The notes: a model not told the origin generated them from the letters alone. Positions 25,831-38,600 are shown, numbered from the whole stretch's first letter. The stretch is DNA of 63,756 nt, filler included, from Rhabdomonas costata (GCA_019059605.1; 44 parts of 44 records of this genome joined end to end with filler, not necessarily neighbours in it), one strand, 5' to 3'. Numbers and translations are program-made.

Positions 25831-27590
25831 GTATGCCAGCTGCGCGCACTGCCATGTGAGTGTGGAGCTCCTAGAACCTTGGTTTTAGTGCGCCAGTGAG
25901 GTATTCCAAGGACTCCCGCCCGGCAACAGACGAGTGATCCGCACCCCGGCAGAGGGCGAGACGAACATTCGAAAGCCTGCAGGAGACAGAAAGACCTCGA
26001 GCACCAATGCCACTTGCACGTAGGTATGGGAGGGGTGGGNNNNNNNNNNNNNNNNNNNNNNNNNNNNNNNNNNNNNNNNNNNNTTAATTAATTAANNNNN
26101 NNNNNNNNNNNNNNNNNNNNNNNNNNNNNNNNNNNNNNNGGTGTTGGTGGTTGCAAACTGTGTGGGTGGCTTTTCCAGAGTGGAGTTTCTGTTGGGGGAC
26201 CGTGAACTGTGGGCTGCGCTGGAGAGGGCAGCTATCTCCGCAAAGAAGAAGTCCAGCAAAGAAAGCCTTGTGCCTGTCCCAGTGGAGTGCCCAGAAGTGG
26301 TGACTGTCTAGTCGGTATAGCTGCACACACTTCTGGGGTGTCAGTGCCTTGCGTGATGCGTTTCAGTGGGACTTGCAGTTGCCGCAGGACTGGGCCTGGG
26401 AGTGCGGGTGGTGGTGACGAGCATGCCGAACATGATTTGATGACGATCTGCATGTTTTCACCATCGATTGATATGCTGCTTTCGCGGAATTGGCTGCAAT
26501 GGCTTTTAACCATACCCGAAATACCGGTGTGTTGAATCGTGGAAACATTAAGGCTGAATTCAAGCATCGGTCGTGGTTTTGAACCTGTGTATTTTTGCTG
26601 TGCCATTTTATTGCACGTGCTGCAACGACTGGTACATAAAAAATATGTACTCAGAGTGTAAAACTTGACGTAATTCCGATGGCATCGAGCCGTTTTTGTA
26701 CATACAGCATACAGCTGAAGTGTTGACCGTCGCTCTTGTTGTGGTGTTGATGTAATACCCAGCGCATGTGGTATATCTCTGAAAGTTCGAATAGTATTTC
26801 GATTACAACCTGTTTGTGACTACGTAATGCAGATTCATTTTTAGATGGTGCAGTTGGGCGGACGAATTAACCACCAAAGTTGTCGCGGATCAGTCGTAAA
26901 CCCCCATTCGCTCTTGGCTCTTGGATCTTCTTGCCCTTAGCGCTTGCTGGCATCCGATGTAGTGCCAAATGGGAGGAAACTATCAAAAAGTCGTCGGCAC
27001 TCGAAATTTTTTTGTGCTCCTATTCCCGGTTTGCTGTCCATTTGTTTTCCTCCATCTAGTCGCAGGAGACGGCCTTTTTGTCCCTGTGTGGCTGAGAGTA
27101 AAAGAGGCGACCAGAGGGATGCTGCTCAGCCTTCGCTGCCAACCGCGTCCCTCTCACTTGCCATGGCCGCTGCTTCGTTGGGGTCGTTCCCAATCCAATG
27201 TGCCTTCTGGATGGCCCTCAACATTGCCCCACATGTCTCCAAAACTCTTTGCCTCCACCCGCTCTTTTCTAAGGCCACAGGTGCGGGGGTACTCCATCCG
27301 CCACAGGGGTGTTCCGAAGCTTGACGACCAGCAGCTCTCTTGGAATCTTCACTGCCTCGTCGTCGGTCCCTCTGCCCGCCGCAAACATGAAGACTGGGAA
27401 AAGCTCTCCAACTTGGCGTTGACCGTCACCTCTCGAGCCAAGCGCTTTCGGCCCGAGACGTTGGCGAGGGTTGTGAACAGCACCACCACANNNNNNNNNN
27501 NNNNNNNNNNNNNNNNNNNNNNNNNNNNNNNNNNTTAATTAATTAANNNNNNNNNNNNNNNNNNNNNNNNNNNNNNNNNNNNNNNNNNNN

Positions 27591-28325
27591 GTTTTGTGGG
27601 GTCTCATCTTTGTAGAATGAAGATCTCACTCAAGAAGTGGGTCGAGAAGGTCTATTACTGGGCGATGAATAACCCCTTTCAGGCGATTGAGAAAATGTCC
27701 GGCCTCACTCTCCGCACGGTCTCCATGATCATCACGATGATCCTGGAAGTTACAATAAATGACTGTGTTGCAAACCCCACAAACTAGATGGCAGGGGTTT
27801 GGTTACACAGGTTAATGAGGCTGAGTATGGTCACACTCAAAAGGGTCACAAAGGCAGGCAGTCCACTGTGATGCTTGACGTGTGGGGGCGGTGGACCAAG
27901 AATCTGGGAGGTTGGTGGTCTCTCCTTTTAAGAAAATTGCCGCTGACGGCTCTCGTCGTTTTGTCCCTGGAAAGAGCGAGGGGGTACTCCCTTTGGTAAC
28001 TCGTTTTGTGTCTCCGTGTGGCTGGGTTGTTTCATACAGGCTACGCGATTACAGGACCAATTTCTCTGCTTTGTGTTACAAACATATTGCTCTCAATCAC
28101 TCCGAGGCTGAGTTTGTTTACCCTACTCACCATGGTATGCACTCTCAATATATGGAAGGGGCATGGGCTGACATGAAAACACACTTTCGTGCTATGCACG
28201 GTGTGCTCTCCTGCAGGGTTGAGCTCCATCTTTATGAGCGGATGTGGCGCCGAAACGTTCTCTCTTCATCCGCCTGCCCTTTACACTCCATTGTGCTTCT
28301 CCTTGGAAAGAAAGCGTCTCTTTAG
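27591..28325 (+). mobile_element. Degenerate Merlin (IS1595/ISXO2-like) DDE transposase
   Basis: VTQVNEAEYGHTQKGHKGR (cf. VEIDESxFGxRKYxRGR), LPLVTRFVSP, YKHIALNHSEAEFV, HSQYMEGAW, HLYERMWR; one stop, frameshifts and decayed catalytic Asp residues. Confidence 0.85.
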
Positions 28326-28876
28326 ACACGCTGCTACTTCTTGGCTTCTGGATTAGACGTAATGTTTCTTGCGGTTTCTTCCCGGAGTGCATGGGGGTGC
28401 ATGTTGTACACTTGGGTAGGCGGGGGTTTACGTCGTATACGAGCGCCCTTAGGACACAAAGTCCACATCACAAGCCATGAACCAGAAGCAGACACAACAA
28501 CAGTACCACAGACAAATTACAAGCAAAGCCACCCACCTCAACCAACAATCTGACACCAATATTCTAACACCATCCGCACAAACATTGCAGAACACCACAC
28601 AGCGGAAGCTCTAACCATAAAACAATCACAACAACAATTCCAATCATCCAACATGCAGCAACACAACCAACAAAGACACAACCCCACACCATCAAGACAT
28701 ACATTCAGAGCACGACACCAACGACCACACAAATTCCAAGAAGTACGACACAAACTACCATGAGCCACATAAACACCATTGCCAACACAAGCACCAGCAC
28801 CATTCATTGTGCACACTGTAACCACAAACCCTAAACCATTGCACACTACAACCATTTCCATACGCATACTATTGCC

Positions 28877-28932
28877 CATACGCATACGCATACGCATACG
28901 CATACGCATACGCATACGCATACGCATACGCA
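28877..28932. repeat. (CATACG)n hexanucleotide microsatellite
   Basis: About nine perfect tandem units near the contig end. Confidence 0.95.
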
Positions 28933-30750
28933 AACCCACCCCNNNNNNNNNNNNNNNNNNNNNNNNNNNNNNNNNNNNNNNNNNNNTTAATTAATTAANN
29001 NNNNNNNNNNNNNNNNNNNNNNNNNNNNNNNNNNNNNNNNNNGCATCCGGCAGAGCAATTGTCGCTGCAGCTTCCGCTGCAGCTTGGGTTTACAAAGGGA
29101 GGGGGCTGTGCGACAGAACGGGGGCGGGCTGCAGCTCGTTCCAGCAGGCTGCAACTGCGAAGGAAGCGACGCATACCGAAAGCCGTGATCAGCCCAAACA
29201 CCCAAAACGCGAAGAAAAAAAGCACAAAAAACAGCCTGGCAGCCAGGTCAGCCGGAACCACAGCGAAACTGAAGAACAAGCTGATGACAACGATCGAAAG
29301 TATGACCTGAGCTCACACACTTCTAGCGAGGTTAAAGTGCACCACACCGGCTCCCTTCTCATCCGTGTTTGTATGCTCGATTAAGGCACCGTGCTCTGGC
29401 ACTTGAAGCAAGCGGATGAATGAGGTCCGTGAACCTCTTCTTTGGAGCAGAAGGCGAGTACGGCCTCAGGAAGGAAAAGTCCTCCTCAATTCCACCGCGG
29501 TACGTGAAGTCCTTTTGGAGATCCTGTGGCACCGTGGGCTCATAGACACACCGCTCCACCCCAAGCGGCAACGCAGCAGCGACCAGAGTAACCCCACCTT
29601 TGTTCTGTGAGGTCACCGGTGAGTTCTGCACGTTGGCCGGGGTTGGGGAGAAGGAGACGTGCCGAGACGCAGGTGAGCAGGAGGTAAGCGCAGGAGGGAG
29701 GGGCGGATCCTTTCTTAGAGCACTCCTCGGGGAATCACTGCCGAGAGATGAGCAGCAGGTCGAGGCGCACTCATACGAGCTTTCTGGAACCTTTGATCGC
29801 CAAGCAAGGGAGAGGGGGGGGGGCTATGAAAAAAGAGCACGCCGTAATGACAAGAAATGAAAGAGACAAAAATTCAGACCACACCAATCACACCAATGAA
29901 CCAAAAGATGACAAAGATGACAACGAGGCGCAGGAACACCGGAAAAGTACCCAGCAATACCATGTCCACAACAACAGCACCCACAAAAAGCTCCGATTGT
30001 ATTGGAACGCTCTCACAATGCTCGCGTTTTTCACATGATACGTTTATCATATTATTCAGTTCAGATTTCTTTTTTCGATTACTCTCTCCGCTTCTCAATC
30101 TTCCCACCGTTTTGAAAAAACCGCAATGCAACAGCAAGAGACATTGCTTAATGTCGTGCCATTTCGAGCTGCAGGACAGCAACCCCTGCAGCAAACCAGA
30201 AAAAATCTCTAAATGCCTCACAGCCCTCGAAAAACACAAAATGCATACCGACTCAAGGAACCAGCTCACCAACGGCCCGGGGCCCATCCGGAATTTCCCA
30301 CAGCGCATCTTCACCGCGCTTAAAGTCCCGATAAGCTCGGAACCACGCAGATCAGTGGGAGGAACCCAACTCAACCTAAACTCACCCAACACANNNNNNN
30401 NNNNNNNNNNNNNNNNNNNNNNNNNNNNNNNNNNNNNTTAATTAATTAANNNNNNNNNNNNNNNNNNNNNNNNNNNNNNNNNNNNNNNNNNNNAATGCGA
30501 GGGACACCTTTTTGTTTTCATCTTTTCAGTGACGTCTGGTCAATCCACAACCAAAACGAAGACGAAGGAGGAGGTTTAAAATCCCACTGCGAGGACCAGC
30601 AAAAACGTCTTGGTCCCTTTTGTTCACTCGGTGAATACGTTTGAAAAGCTTTTAGCGGAGATCCCGGGGAAGCAGTTTTTGGTCACATTTACGGGGCATT
30701 TACGCGTACACGCGTTAGATTACTTCTTGCAGCAATTCTCATCATGCTAG

Positions 30751-31443
30751 TGGTCACTGCCACTCTGTCAGGCCATTGCCCGCGGCTACGACACCAGCGC
30801 CACCACAGCCCCGAGGCAAGAGTGGTACCACCCCGCAGACCTCCAACTGCTCTCCATCGTTGACGACGACTTCACCGCAGCCGCCAACCTCTCATTCGAC
30901 CTCATGCTCCGGGCGGGACAACTGGACCGCCTGCTGTGCGGCGACCTGGATTTCACCACCCACTCGGTGTGGTGTCCGCCCCACAAGCAGATCCGCTTCC
31001 CCTACCTCCGCACGCCCACACCAGAAGTGTGGCAAATGCTCACCCGCCTCCACAGCGGCAGAGCCCCCGAAGAAAAGCTCTTCAAGAGGACCTCGCGACA
31101 GTACTCAGCGCTGCTCGGGGCACTCACAGAAACCAAGTTGCAGGCTCGCCTCACTTGGCATTCCCTTCGGCGTGGCGGGGCCACCACCCGAGCCCACGCC
31201 GGTCAGTCAGCAGACGCCATTCGCCGCTTCGGGTGCTGGACTTCCGAAAAGGCCGTCACCCACTATATCTTCCCGTGGAGTGACGTCCCCCTCCGCTGCT
31301 GGCGCGCTGGGCCAACTACTTCGGCTCCTGCAGCCCCCACCAGTAGCCCTCCTACACAGCCGCATCCGAAGCGCCGCCGCAAGCCTGCCCGACCTGCCAC
31401 TGGCCACGTCCATCCTCGTCGCGATGGTGGATTTCGCGCATGA
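30751..31443 (+). CDS. Tyrosine recombinase of a DIRS-order retrotransposon (5'-truncated)
   Basis: Frame open from 30751; catalytic set present: FDLMLR (R), PPHK (K), WHSLRRGGAT (HxxR), FGCWTS (W), VTHY (Y). Confidence 0.9.
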   Translation, partial: WSLPLCQAIARGYDTSATTAPRQEWYHPADLQLLSIVDDDFTAAANLSFDLMLRAGQLDRLLCGDLDFTTHSVWCPPHKQIRFPYLRTPTPEVWQMLTRLHSGRAPEEKLFKRTSRQYSALLGALTETKLQARLTWHSLRRGGATTRAHAGQSADAIRRFGCWTSEKAVTHYIFPWSDVPLRCWRAGPTTSAPAAPTSSPPTQPHPKRRRKPARPATGHVHPRRDGGFRA

Positions 31444-31844
31444 TCGACTCCAGCAACTTCACCCTCACCTCTCTGACTGGGCTTCACTTCGCCCAGATCT
31501 TCTTCACTCCCTGCGGGAGCACGACTACCCCTCGCTGGCCGACTACTACGACTCCCAGCCACCCACCTCTGCGCCGCTGGAGTGGAAGCCCCTGCATCCC
31601 GGCCACCGCGAGATCTCGCGCGAGGTGGTGCGTAAGGTACTTGCCCTCCCGTCACAGCTCCGCGCCCCTAAGCTTGTCACTGTCCACCCAACACCCTTCC
31701 ACTCCACGATGTCTGCATGCATCGACAACCTAACCGAGCTCGGCATCATCCATCCCACTTCTTCTCCTGATTCCACCATGTCCCTGTTCCTAAAGCCAAA
31801 GGACGCTCACGCCGCACGCGTAATCTGCGACTTGCGTCCCCTGA
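31300..31844 (+). CDS. N-terminal part of a DIRS-type reverse transcriptase (frame open 30776 to contig end)
   Basis: IDNLTELGIIHP...SLFLKPKDAHAARVICDLRPL matches RT motifs 1-2 of DIRS/LTR-type RTs; cut by the contig end. Confidence 0.85.
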
Positions 31845-33457
31845 NNNNNNNNNNNNNNNNNNNNNNNNNNNNNNNNNNNNNNNNNNNNTTAATTAATTAA
31901 NNNNNNNNNNNNNNNNNNNNNNNNNNNNNNNNNNNNNNNNNNNNTGTGGGTGGGGGGGGAAGGGCCCAATTCAAGGCAAAAACGTGGTTTTTTTTTTGGC
32001 TTGAAGTGGCCAAAAGTGAGGAAAAAATGAAGCAGCGCTCAAGTACAACGCGCGTGGGGTGAGGATGCCAGAAAAAGTTAGTTTGGGGGTAAAACTCGCA
32101 TGAGGGTGGGAAATGGGAGACGGAGCTAAGAGAAAGCGAATTATTAGCCATTTTTTACTGTGTGATGGGGCTTTTTGGAATCGAGCTTTGTCTTATGGCG
32201 AGGGTATAAAAATCAATAGATTTGTATCTAACGTTCGACTTATTTACCTACGGCGTCGCTTCGCTCCGTGTTAACCGCCTGCAGTTGAAAACAAGTCAAA
32301 GGCAAGTAAATTACGTGCCATCACAGGTGGTTAGCGAACTAAGCAAGGAGTCAAATGCTCAAATTAGTCCCGCAAAATATGGTCAACAACGTACCGCTCA
32401 CTTTTAAGGAAATGGCCCTTGCAACTACAACAGCGCACTGTTTTGCGGTAGCAACTCTACCGTAGCTGCGCGTGTATCCTGTGTAACCCATCCTGTGGTT
32501 TGTGCACTTGGAGAAGTTTTCCCATTTCAATGTTGATGCTACAGTTGCATCGGCGTTCCTTTTAACGTCCGGTCGTCGGTCGGTTCCTAAAGACGGCAAT
32601 AAGAGTGCGAAAATTTCGACCCAATCAAACCATTTTGAGGATACGTACAGATATTGGCCTCTGTTGCACAACACCCTTGTTCCAGGCCGCCTTGGATGGG
32701 GCCATATAACCTCTGTCAACCCAGAAATGAACCTTTCTCGTCCCACCTGCCATATGTGCATACGTGCATGTCCTCACCAGTGTTATGTCAAATACTCCGC
32801 TGTACCCACCACCACCACTCCAGACCCCTGAAGGTTACCGGTTCAATGAAGGAAAGGTACACGCATGGGAAGGGAAAGATGGAATCTCACTCACACACAC
32901 CGTATCTTCGTAGGACGGTCTTAAGCCGTTGCAATGGTTTCCCAACAATGACACCGCCTGAACTTTGCTGGCCGGGCCCACCTTTGCCTCCAAGGATATA
33001 AAGCATTTGTGTGACCCCGACGCGGCCACCACCCTGCTTCATGAGGCCAAAAAGCGCGACATTCCCCCTGAATATGGGGCCGACTCCAAATTATGGTCTG
33101 CGGTTTTGAAAATCTTGTTTTTGTATTGTGGCAATACCGCACTGTTTTGATGCGTCTGCTTCCAGTGGCATGGGGTTCTCCTTATGTGGTAAATATTAGA
33201 ATTTGCAGATTAATGGCACGTCACGGAAAAGGTGAACCACGGAAGACGAATGTATTGCATTTAATTTCATCAAAATTCACCCTCTCCACCCCAACNNNNN
33301 NNNNNNNNNNNNNNNNNNNNNNNNNNNNNNNNNNNNNNNTTAATTAATTAANNNNNNNNNNNNNNNNNNNNNNNNNNNNNNNNNNNNNNNNNNNNGGGGT
33401 TTGGGAAGTTCAATTGGATATGCAATTGGTGCTCAACTAGCATGTCCTCAATGTATT

Positions 33458-34742
33458 CTGATAATGTATGATTAAAACTTCCATCACCATCTATACTTAT
33501 CACAATACATTGAGGACATGCTAGTTGAGCACCAATTGCATATCCAATTGAACTTCCCATTACACCTAAACTTCCAGAAGTGATCATTTGTTTGGGCTTT
33601 GTCCAGTCTATATATTGAGATGTCATCATTTGATGATTTCCGACACCTGTTGTTATTATAAAATCAATTTCATTTTCAGTTAAATAATTATTAATTTCCG
33701 TTATAATATCTTGTACTTTTAATTGATTTGTTTTTACATATGTAAAAACATGTAATTGTTTTTGATATTCAATGTAATCGTTCCATTGTTTACGTTCTTC
33801 TTTATTATTATTTATCAATTCATAACGTAATAATTCATTTAGAAATATTTTTGCATCACAATTTATATTTATATGTGATCTAATTGTTTTATTAAAATCA
33901 GAACTTTTTATATTACAATTGATGATTCCTCCTGTACCTTTAATATGTGCTTCTTTTGCTATTGGTGCATATTTGTGTGGATGTCCGATTGTTCTATCAT
34001 CGAATCTGTATCCAATTCCGACAATTACATCTGCTTCTTGTATTATATTATTTGTTGCCATATTTCCGTGCATTCCCATAAATTTCAATGATAATTTATT
34101 ACGTTGATCGATAATACCATTACCTAATAAAGTAGTTGTGATATACATGTTATTTTTTAATGATATTTTTCGTACAAGATCACTATAATCACAACATCCA
34201 GCACCAATTATAAATATTGGTTTTTTTGCATTTTTTATCATTTGTATTGCCTTATTAATATTTTCTTTTTCTTCAAAACTGATTAAATATATATCATTAA
34301 CTGTTAGATCAATAAATTTTTTATCTTGTGTTATTACATCATTTAAAATAGATTTTGGAAGATCAACATGAACAGGTCCTTTTCTTCCAGATGTTGCAAT
34401 ACATATTGCTTTATTTAAAATATATGGGATATCATTGACATCTGTAATACAATGTGAAAATTTTGTTACATTTTTCATTATATCTACTGCTGGACATTCT
34501 TGAAATGCCCCAGTTCCCATTACATCTAATGAAACTTGTCCAGATAATACTAACAATGGAACACCATCACAATATGCATCATATACTGGTGTTACCATGT
34601 TTGTTAATCCAGGACCAGATGTCGAAATACATACACCTATTTCATTTGATGATTTTGCATATCCAACAGCAGCATGACAACAAGATTGTTCATGTGTCCC
34701 AATATAACATTTCATTCCTCTATTATCAATTTCATTAAACAC
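33458..34742 (-). CDS. ilvB: Acetolactate synthase catalytic (large) subunit, partial, intronless, very AT-rich
   Basis: HEQ...HAAVGYA, TSGPGLTN, GQV, AFQE, GRKGPVHVDLPK, GMHG, RFDDR, TGVGNHQM, GDGSF (TPP motif); residues after FNHTLSE come from a fold-back artefact. Confidence 0.97.
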
Positions 34743-34849
34743 ACACNNNNNNNNNNNNNNNNNNNNNNNNNNNNNNNNNNNNNNNNNNNNTTAATTAATT
34801 AANNNNNNNNNNNNNNNNNNNNNNNNNNNNNNNNNNNNNNNNNNNNGGT

Positions 34850-35719
34850 TGGTGGCCAAGGTGGCCGCCAGGTTTGCAAGGCTTCGGGATCAGAACCTCC
34901 AGACTGAGGCGATAAAGGAGCGCAAGGTTTGCCCAAAGCCTTTCCTTTCTGCGTCGCAAGCTGGTCTCTGGACTGTTCAATTTCGAGTTTCTTTTCTAAT
35001 TGCGTGCGTTTCCCTTTGCCACTCTGGATGATGTTTGTGTTTATTTGTGTTGCAGAGAGAGCTGCGCGAGCTGCGGGCCCAGCAGCGCGAGGAGAAGAGG
35101 CGGCAAGAGGCCGAGGAACAGAAAGAGGTCTTCACTTGAGAACGGGAGAGGAGGGCATAAATGGATGAACGGGTAACTGCGCCATGCGTCATCGGCTACC
35201 TCACATTTCGGTGCCCTTTTGACATCCTGACGAACGTTCGGCGGTAGCCGGTTCGGGTTCCCCACGGCACCGTTCGCTTCAACGGCACCTCTCACGAGCA
35301 CCCGTGGCCAACAGCGCGAGCCCATAGTGGTCACTAACAGTCAACCAGGCAACAGTCAGCATGCAATGAGCCCAATACAAACATATACACACACACGGAA
35401 TAAGGATGACGGACAGCACGGTGGGCCATCCTATGTAGCTCCTTTAGGAAGAAAGCTGGTTATGGTGTGAAATTGACTTATGGCTGTAGCGGTACGTTGT
35501 CTGTTCTTACCTTAGATCTGCAGTCGTCGTTGGGGGGGGGAATGACGCCAGCAATAAGAGTAGTATTGCTTTTTCTTGTTGCATGCTCTTTGGTTGTATG
35601 ATGTCCCAAAATTCGGAATCTCTTCGCAGAAAAAGGCTCTGGAGAGGCTGAACCGGCTCTATACTGTGAAGGAGCGGAACCGGCTGGTGAAGGAGAACCT
35701 CCGGCAACACTGCGAAATG
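34850..35719 (+). CDS. Coiled-coil protein, three exons (..34926, 35056-35127, 35630-35719)
   Basis: Phase-0 GT-AG exons: ...EAIKERK|RELRELRAQQREEKRRQEAEEQKE|KKALERLNRLY... Confidence 0.6.
35232..35365 (+). repeat. Dispersed repeat family A, intronic copy
   Basis: GTTCCCCACGGCACCGTTCGCTtCAACGGCACCTCTCaCGAGCACCCGTGGCCAACAGCGCG is nearly identical to 49161-49222. Confidence 0.9.
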
Positions 35720-38318
35720 GTGTGTCCCCCGCATTGTGATCGTGTTGGCGTCCACAGTATCCGTCTGAATGCAACGGATGTACCTTATGCGACTTTCGCG
35801 CCTTAAGCAAGTGTTTAATGTTTATGTTTGTCAGCGAAGGGCAAACTGGGAACTTGGGAAGACAGCGAGAGAGAAACCGAAAGGTTTTCCTATCGGTAGA
35901 GGAGAAGGGAAAATGAAAACTATGTCCACCCCACTCTCCGGAGTTCTGCGGGTTCGGGGTCTTTGCTTGGTGCACAACTGTGTCCCGCAGAAGCAGTGAT
36001 CACTGGAGCCGTCAGTCCATAGAGAAATATGCGCCTGACAGGGTTTGGCACGAACTGTAAATACCATTCAGCTTCAAAATAGGGGCTGTGTCGTCCGAAA
36101 ACAGCAATACTCACAGAAAAAGGTGCCATCAAAAAGGAAAATGCTGTTTTTTATGGCACCTTTTTCTGTGAGTATTGCTGTTTTCGGACCACACAACNNN
36201 NNNNNNNNNNNNNNNNNNNNNNNNNNNNNNNNNNNNNNNNNTTAATTAATTAANNNNNNNNNNNNNNNNNNNNNNNNNNNNNNNNNNNNNNNNNNNNGGG
36301 GTGGGGGAATGTTCTGATTTCAGGGTACCGCTTTGTCCTCATAACTCGGCAACCTCAGCAGTATGCACCCCACACACCCACACTCTCTCTCTGTCTTTCT
36401 GTGCTTTCTTGGCCTTGGTATTGGAAATCCCCGGCCTCCAGCGCACCCCCGTCGATACCGGGGCGGAGGAATGTTGATGCATGTAAGGATGAGGTCAAAG
36501 CCGGAAGTGGCCAGGGGAGGACGGATGGATGCATGGATGAGGTCAGGAGAGCAAGGGGCCAATGGAGACAACACTGGGAGGAGGTAGACGTGGGGTAGGG
36601 CATAAGGAGGCAAGGAGGAAAAGGGAAAGTGAGAAACGGCTGTGCAAATAGCCACAGAAACAAGATGCATGAGGTGCGATGGCACCAGCAACACATGGAC
36701 GACAGAGGCAAGAAGAGACCAATGAGACCACGGAACCCGCAGGGTTAGGCATATATGGGAATCACTTGGTCGTTTAGTAGGCAGAATAGGGCTGTTTCAC
36801 GTCACAGCCCACAATCACACAACCACACAGCAACAAGTCCACAACCAGCGACCACACATTTAAGCCCCATAGCCGACAACAGGGCGGTTGGGAGAGGTCG
36901 GGGGGGGGCACCACCTACGTCACCACACGGACAGAGGAGACACCATGACGTGCATGACAGGCTAGGGACAGCAAAACCCCGCCACCAACGCACACCATGC
37001 ACTCCAAAAGCAAGGCGACGGTGGGAAGCTCCAAAGGAAGCGGAAGCGAGCGGAGAAAACGAGCGGGAAACTTACAGGGCAAAAAGTGCCGCTTCCAACG
37101 GGGAACAGGGATTCTACAGAACCGCACCAATCCCATTCAACGCAAATATTAGGGGGCAGCAAGATACTTGGGAGGGTTCTGAGGGCGGATGGGCGGAGGC
37201 AGGGGACCAGGGACACACGTATACGTGCAGATTTATTACCAGAGCCAACCCAGGGGGGCCCCACTGCAGGACGGTGGCACGGCAGAGCTGGCGGTGCCCA
37301 GCGGGGCTTACAGGATCAGCACCAACGCAAGACGAAGCTTGGGAGATCGACAACACAAGCGTTCTGTGCTTTCAAATTCCAGGAAGATTCACGTTCGCAA
37401 AACACTGGCGTTGAAAGTGGAAAGCCTAAAAACCCAAAGACCTGGAACTGGACCTCTTTGCGTGTGTGAAACGGAAGCGGGGAAGGTACAGGAGTTAGGG
37501 TTTTGTTTTGTTCTATGTGTGTTGTCTTCGGTTCCGTTCGGTTCCGTTCCGTTCGGTTCGGTTCGGTACTTTTTACTAGCAATACCGAAATGATGTGGCG
37601 TCAAGAACATGCCACTGCAACCGCCATATGGTTTCCATCCACACCAACNNNNNNNNNNNNNNNNNNNNNNNNNNNNNNNNNNNNNNNNNNNNTTAATTAA
37701 TTAANNNNNNNNNNNNNNNNNNNNNNNNNNNNNNNNNNNNNNNNNNNNTTGTTGGGGTGATCGCCGCTCAACGTCTGAAACGAGCTCAGTGGCTCCTCAG
37801 ATCCTATGAAAGCTGCCGCGGTTCGCGTGATTCTCTCAACGGATCGGATTGCCTGGCCAAAGTTTTGTACCCCTTAGCTTGTATTCATGTTTCCCAGACG
37901 CGATGGTGACCCTATGAAAGCATTTTGCCCCTGTCAGCTCAAAAAAGAGAAGTTTTTTGTTCACTTAATCTTACGATTTGGATCTAATAGAGCGTTCTCG
38001 TTTCTCGTTGACGATGTGATTGGGAGCACATTGATGCCGCTTAACAGAGGCATTTCAGTTGAGCGTTTTTTTTACCGCTGAACTCTATTTTTCCACTTAA
38101 CTTAAACTCCATGAGCACGCATATACATACACATGCACATTCACACGCAGACAACCGCCTCCGTTTCTCTTCAAGGACTAATGCACACCCTAGTGTACGC
38201 TATAACCTTTGGTGGTGCCTCAAACACCCACCCGGTTGGTTGGGCTGTATCCTTTGAACACGTGGTCAAAATTCATTCATCGCTCCATCCACCTTGTTTG
38301 CCCCGTTTTTGCCTGCAG

Positions 38319-38600
38319 CGTGGGGCTGTCAAAGCTGCGAGGCAGCGGGTGAAGCGGGGGCTGCCCTGCGAGGTGGATGATGTCCTGGCCGCGATGGAAC
38401 CGTGGCAGGTCCCCACGGCCCGCGAGGACTGCACCGATCCCACGGAGATTGGAAAGCTGCCCACCTGGGATGAAATCCGGAGCGCAGTTACAGCGGTGTT
38501 GGTGAGGGTGCGAAGGAAGCTGGGCGTTACTGCTGCCGCGGCCGAGGAAGAGGACAAGGAGAACTCGGGGGGCGAAGAAGACCTTCACTTTGATAGATGA
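38319..38600 (+). CDS. Probable last exon of an unknown protein
   Basis: Polypyrimidine/CAG acceptor then RGAVKAARQRVKRGLPCEVDDVL...EEDLHFDR-stop; GC3-rich codons. Confidence 0.5.
   Translation, partial: RGAVKAARQRVKRGLPCEVDDVLAAMEPWQVPTAREDCTDPTEIGKLPTWDEIRSAVTAVLVRVRRKLGVTAAAAEEEDKENSGGEEDLHFDR

Noticed and set aside
28538-28939. MRMRMR / IRIRIR repeat ORFs
   Set aside because: These are translations of a (CATACG)n microsatellite and A/C-rich low-complexity DNA.
33396-33457. Novel C-terminus of the acetolactate synthase (YIEDMLVEHQLHIQLNFP)
   Set aside because: It is the reverse complement of 33504-33558, i.e. a chimeric tail.
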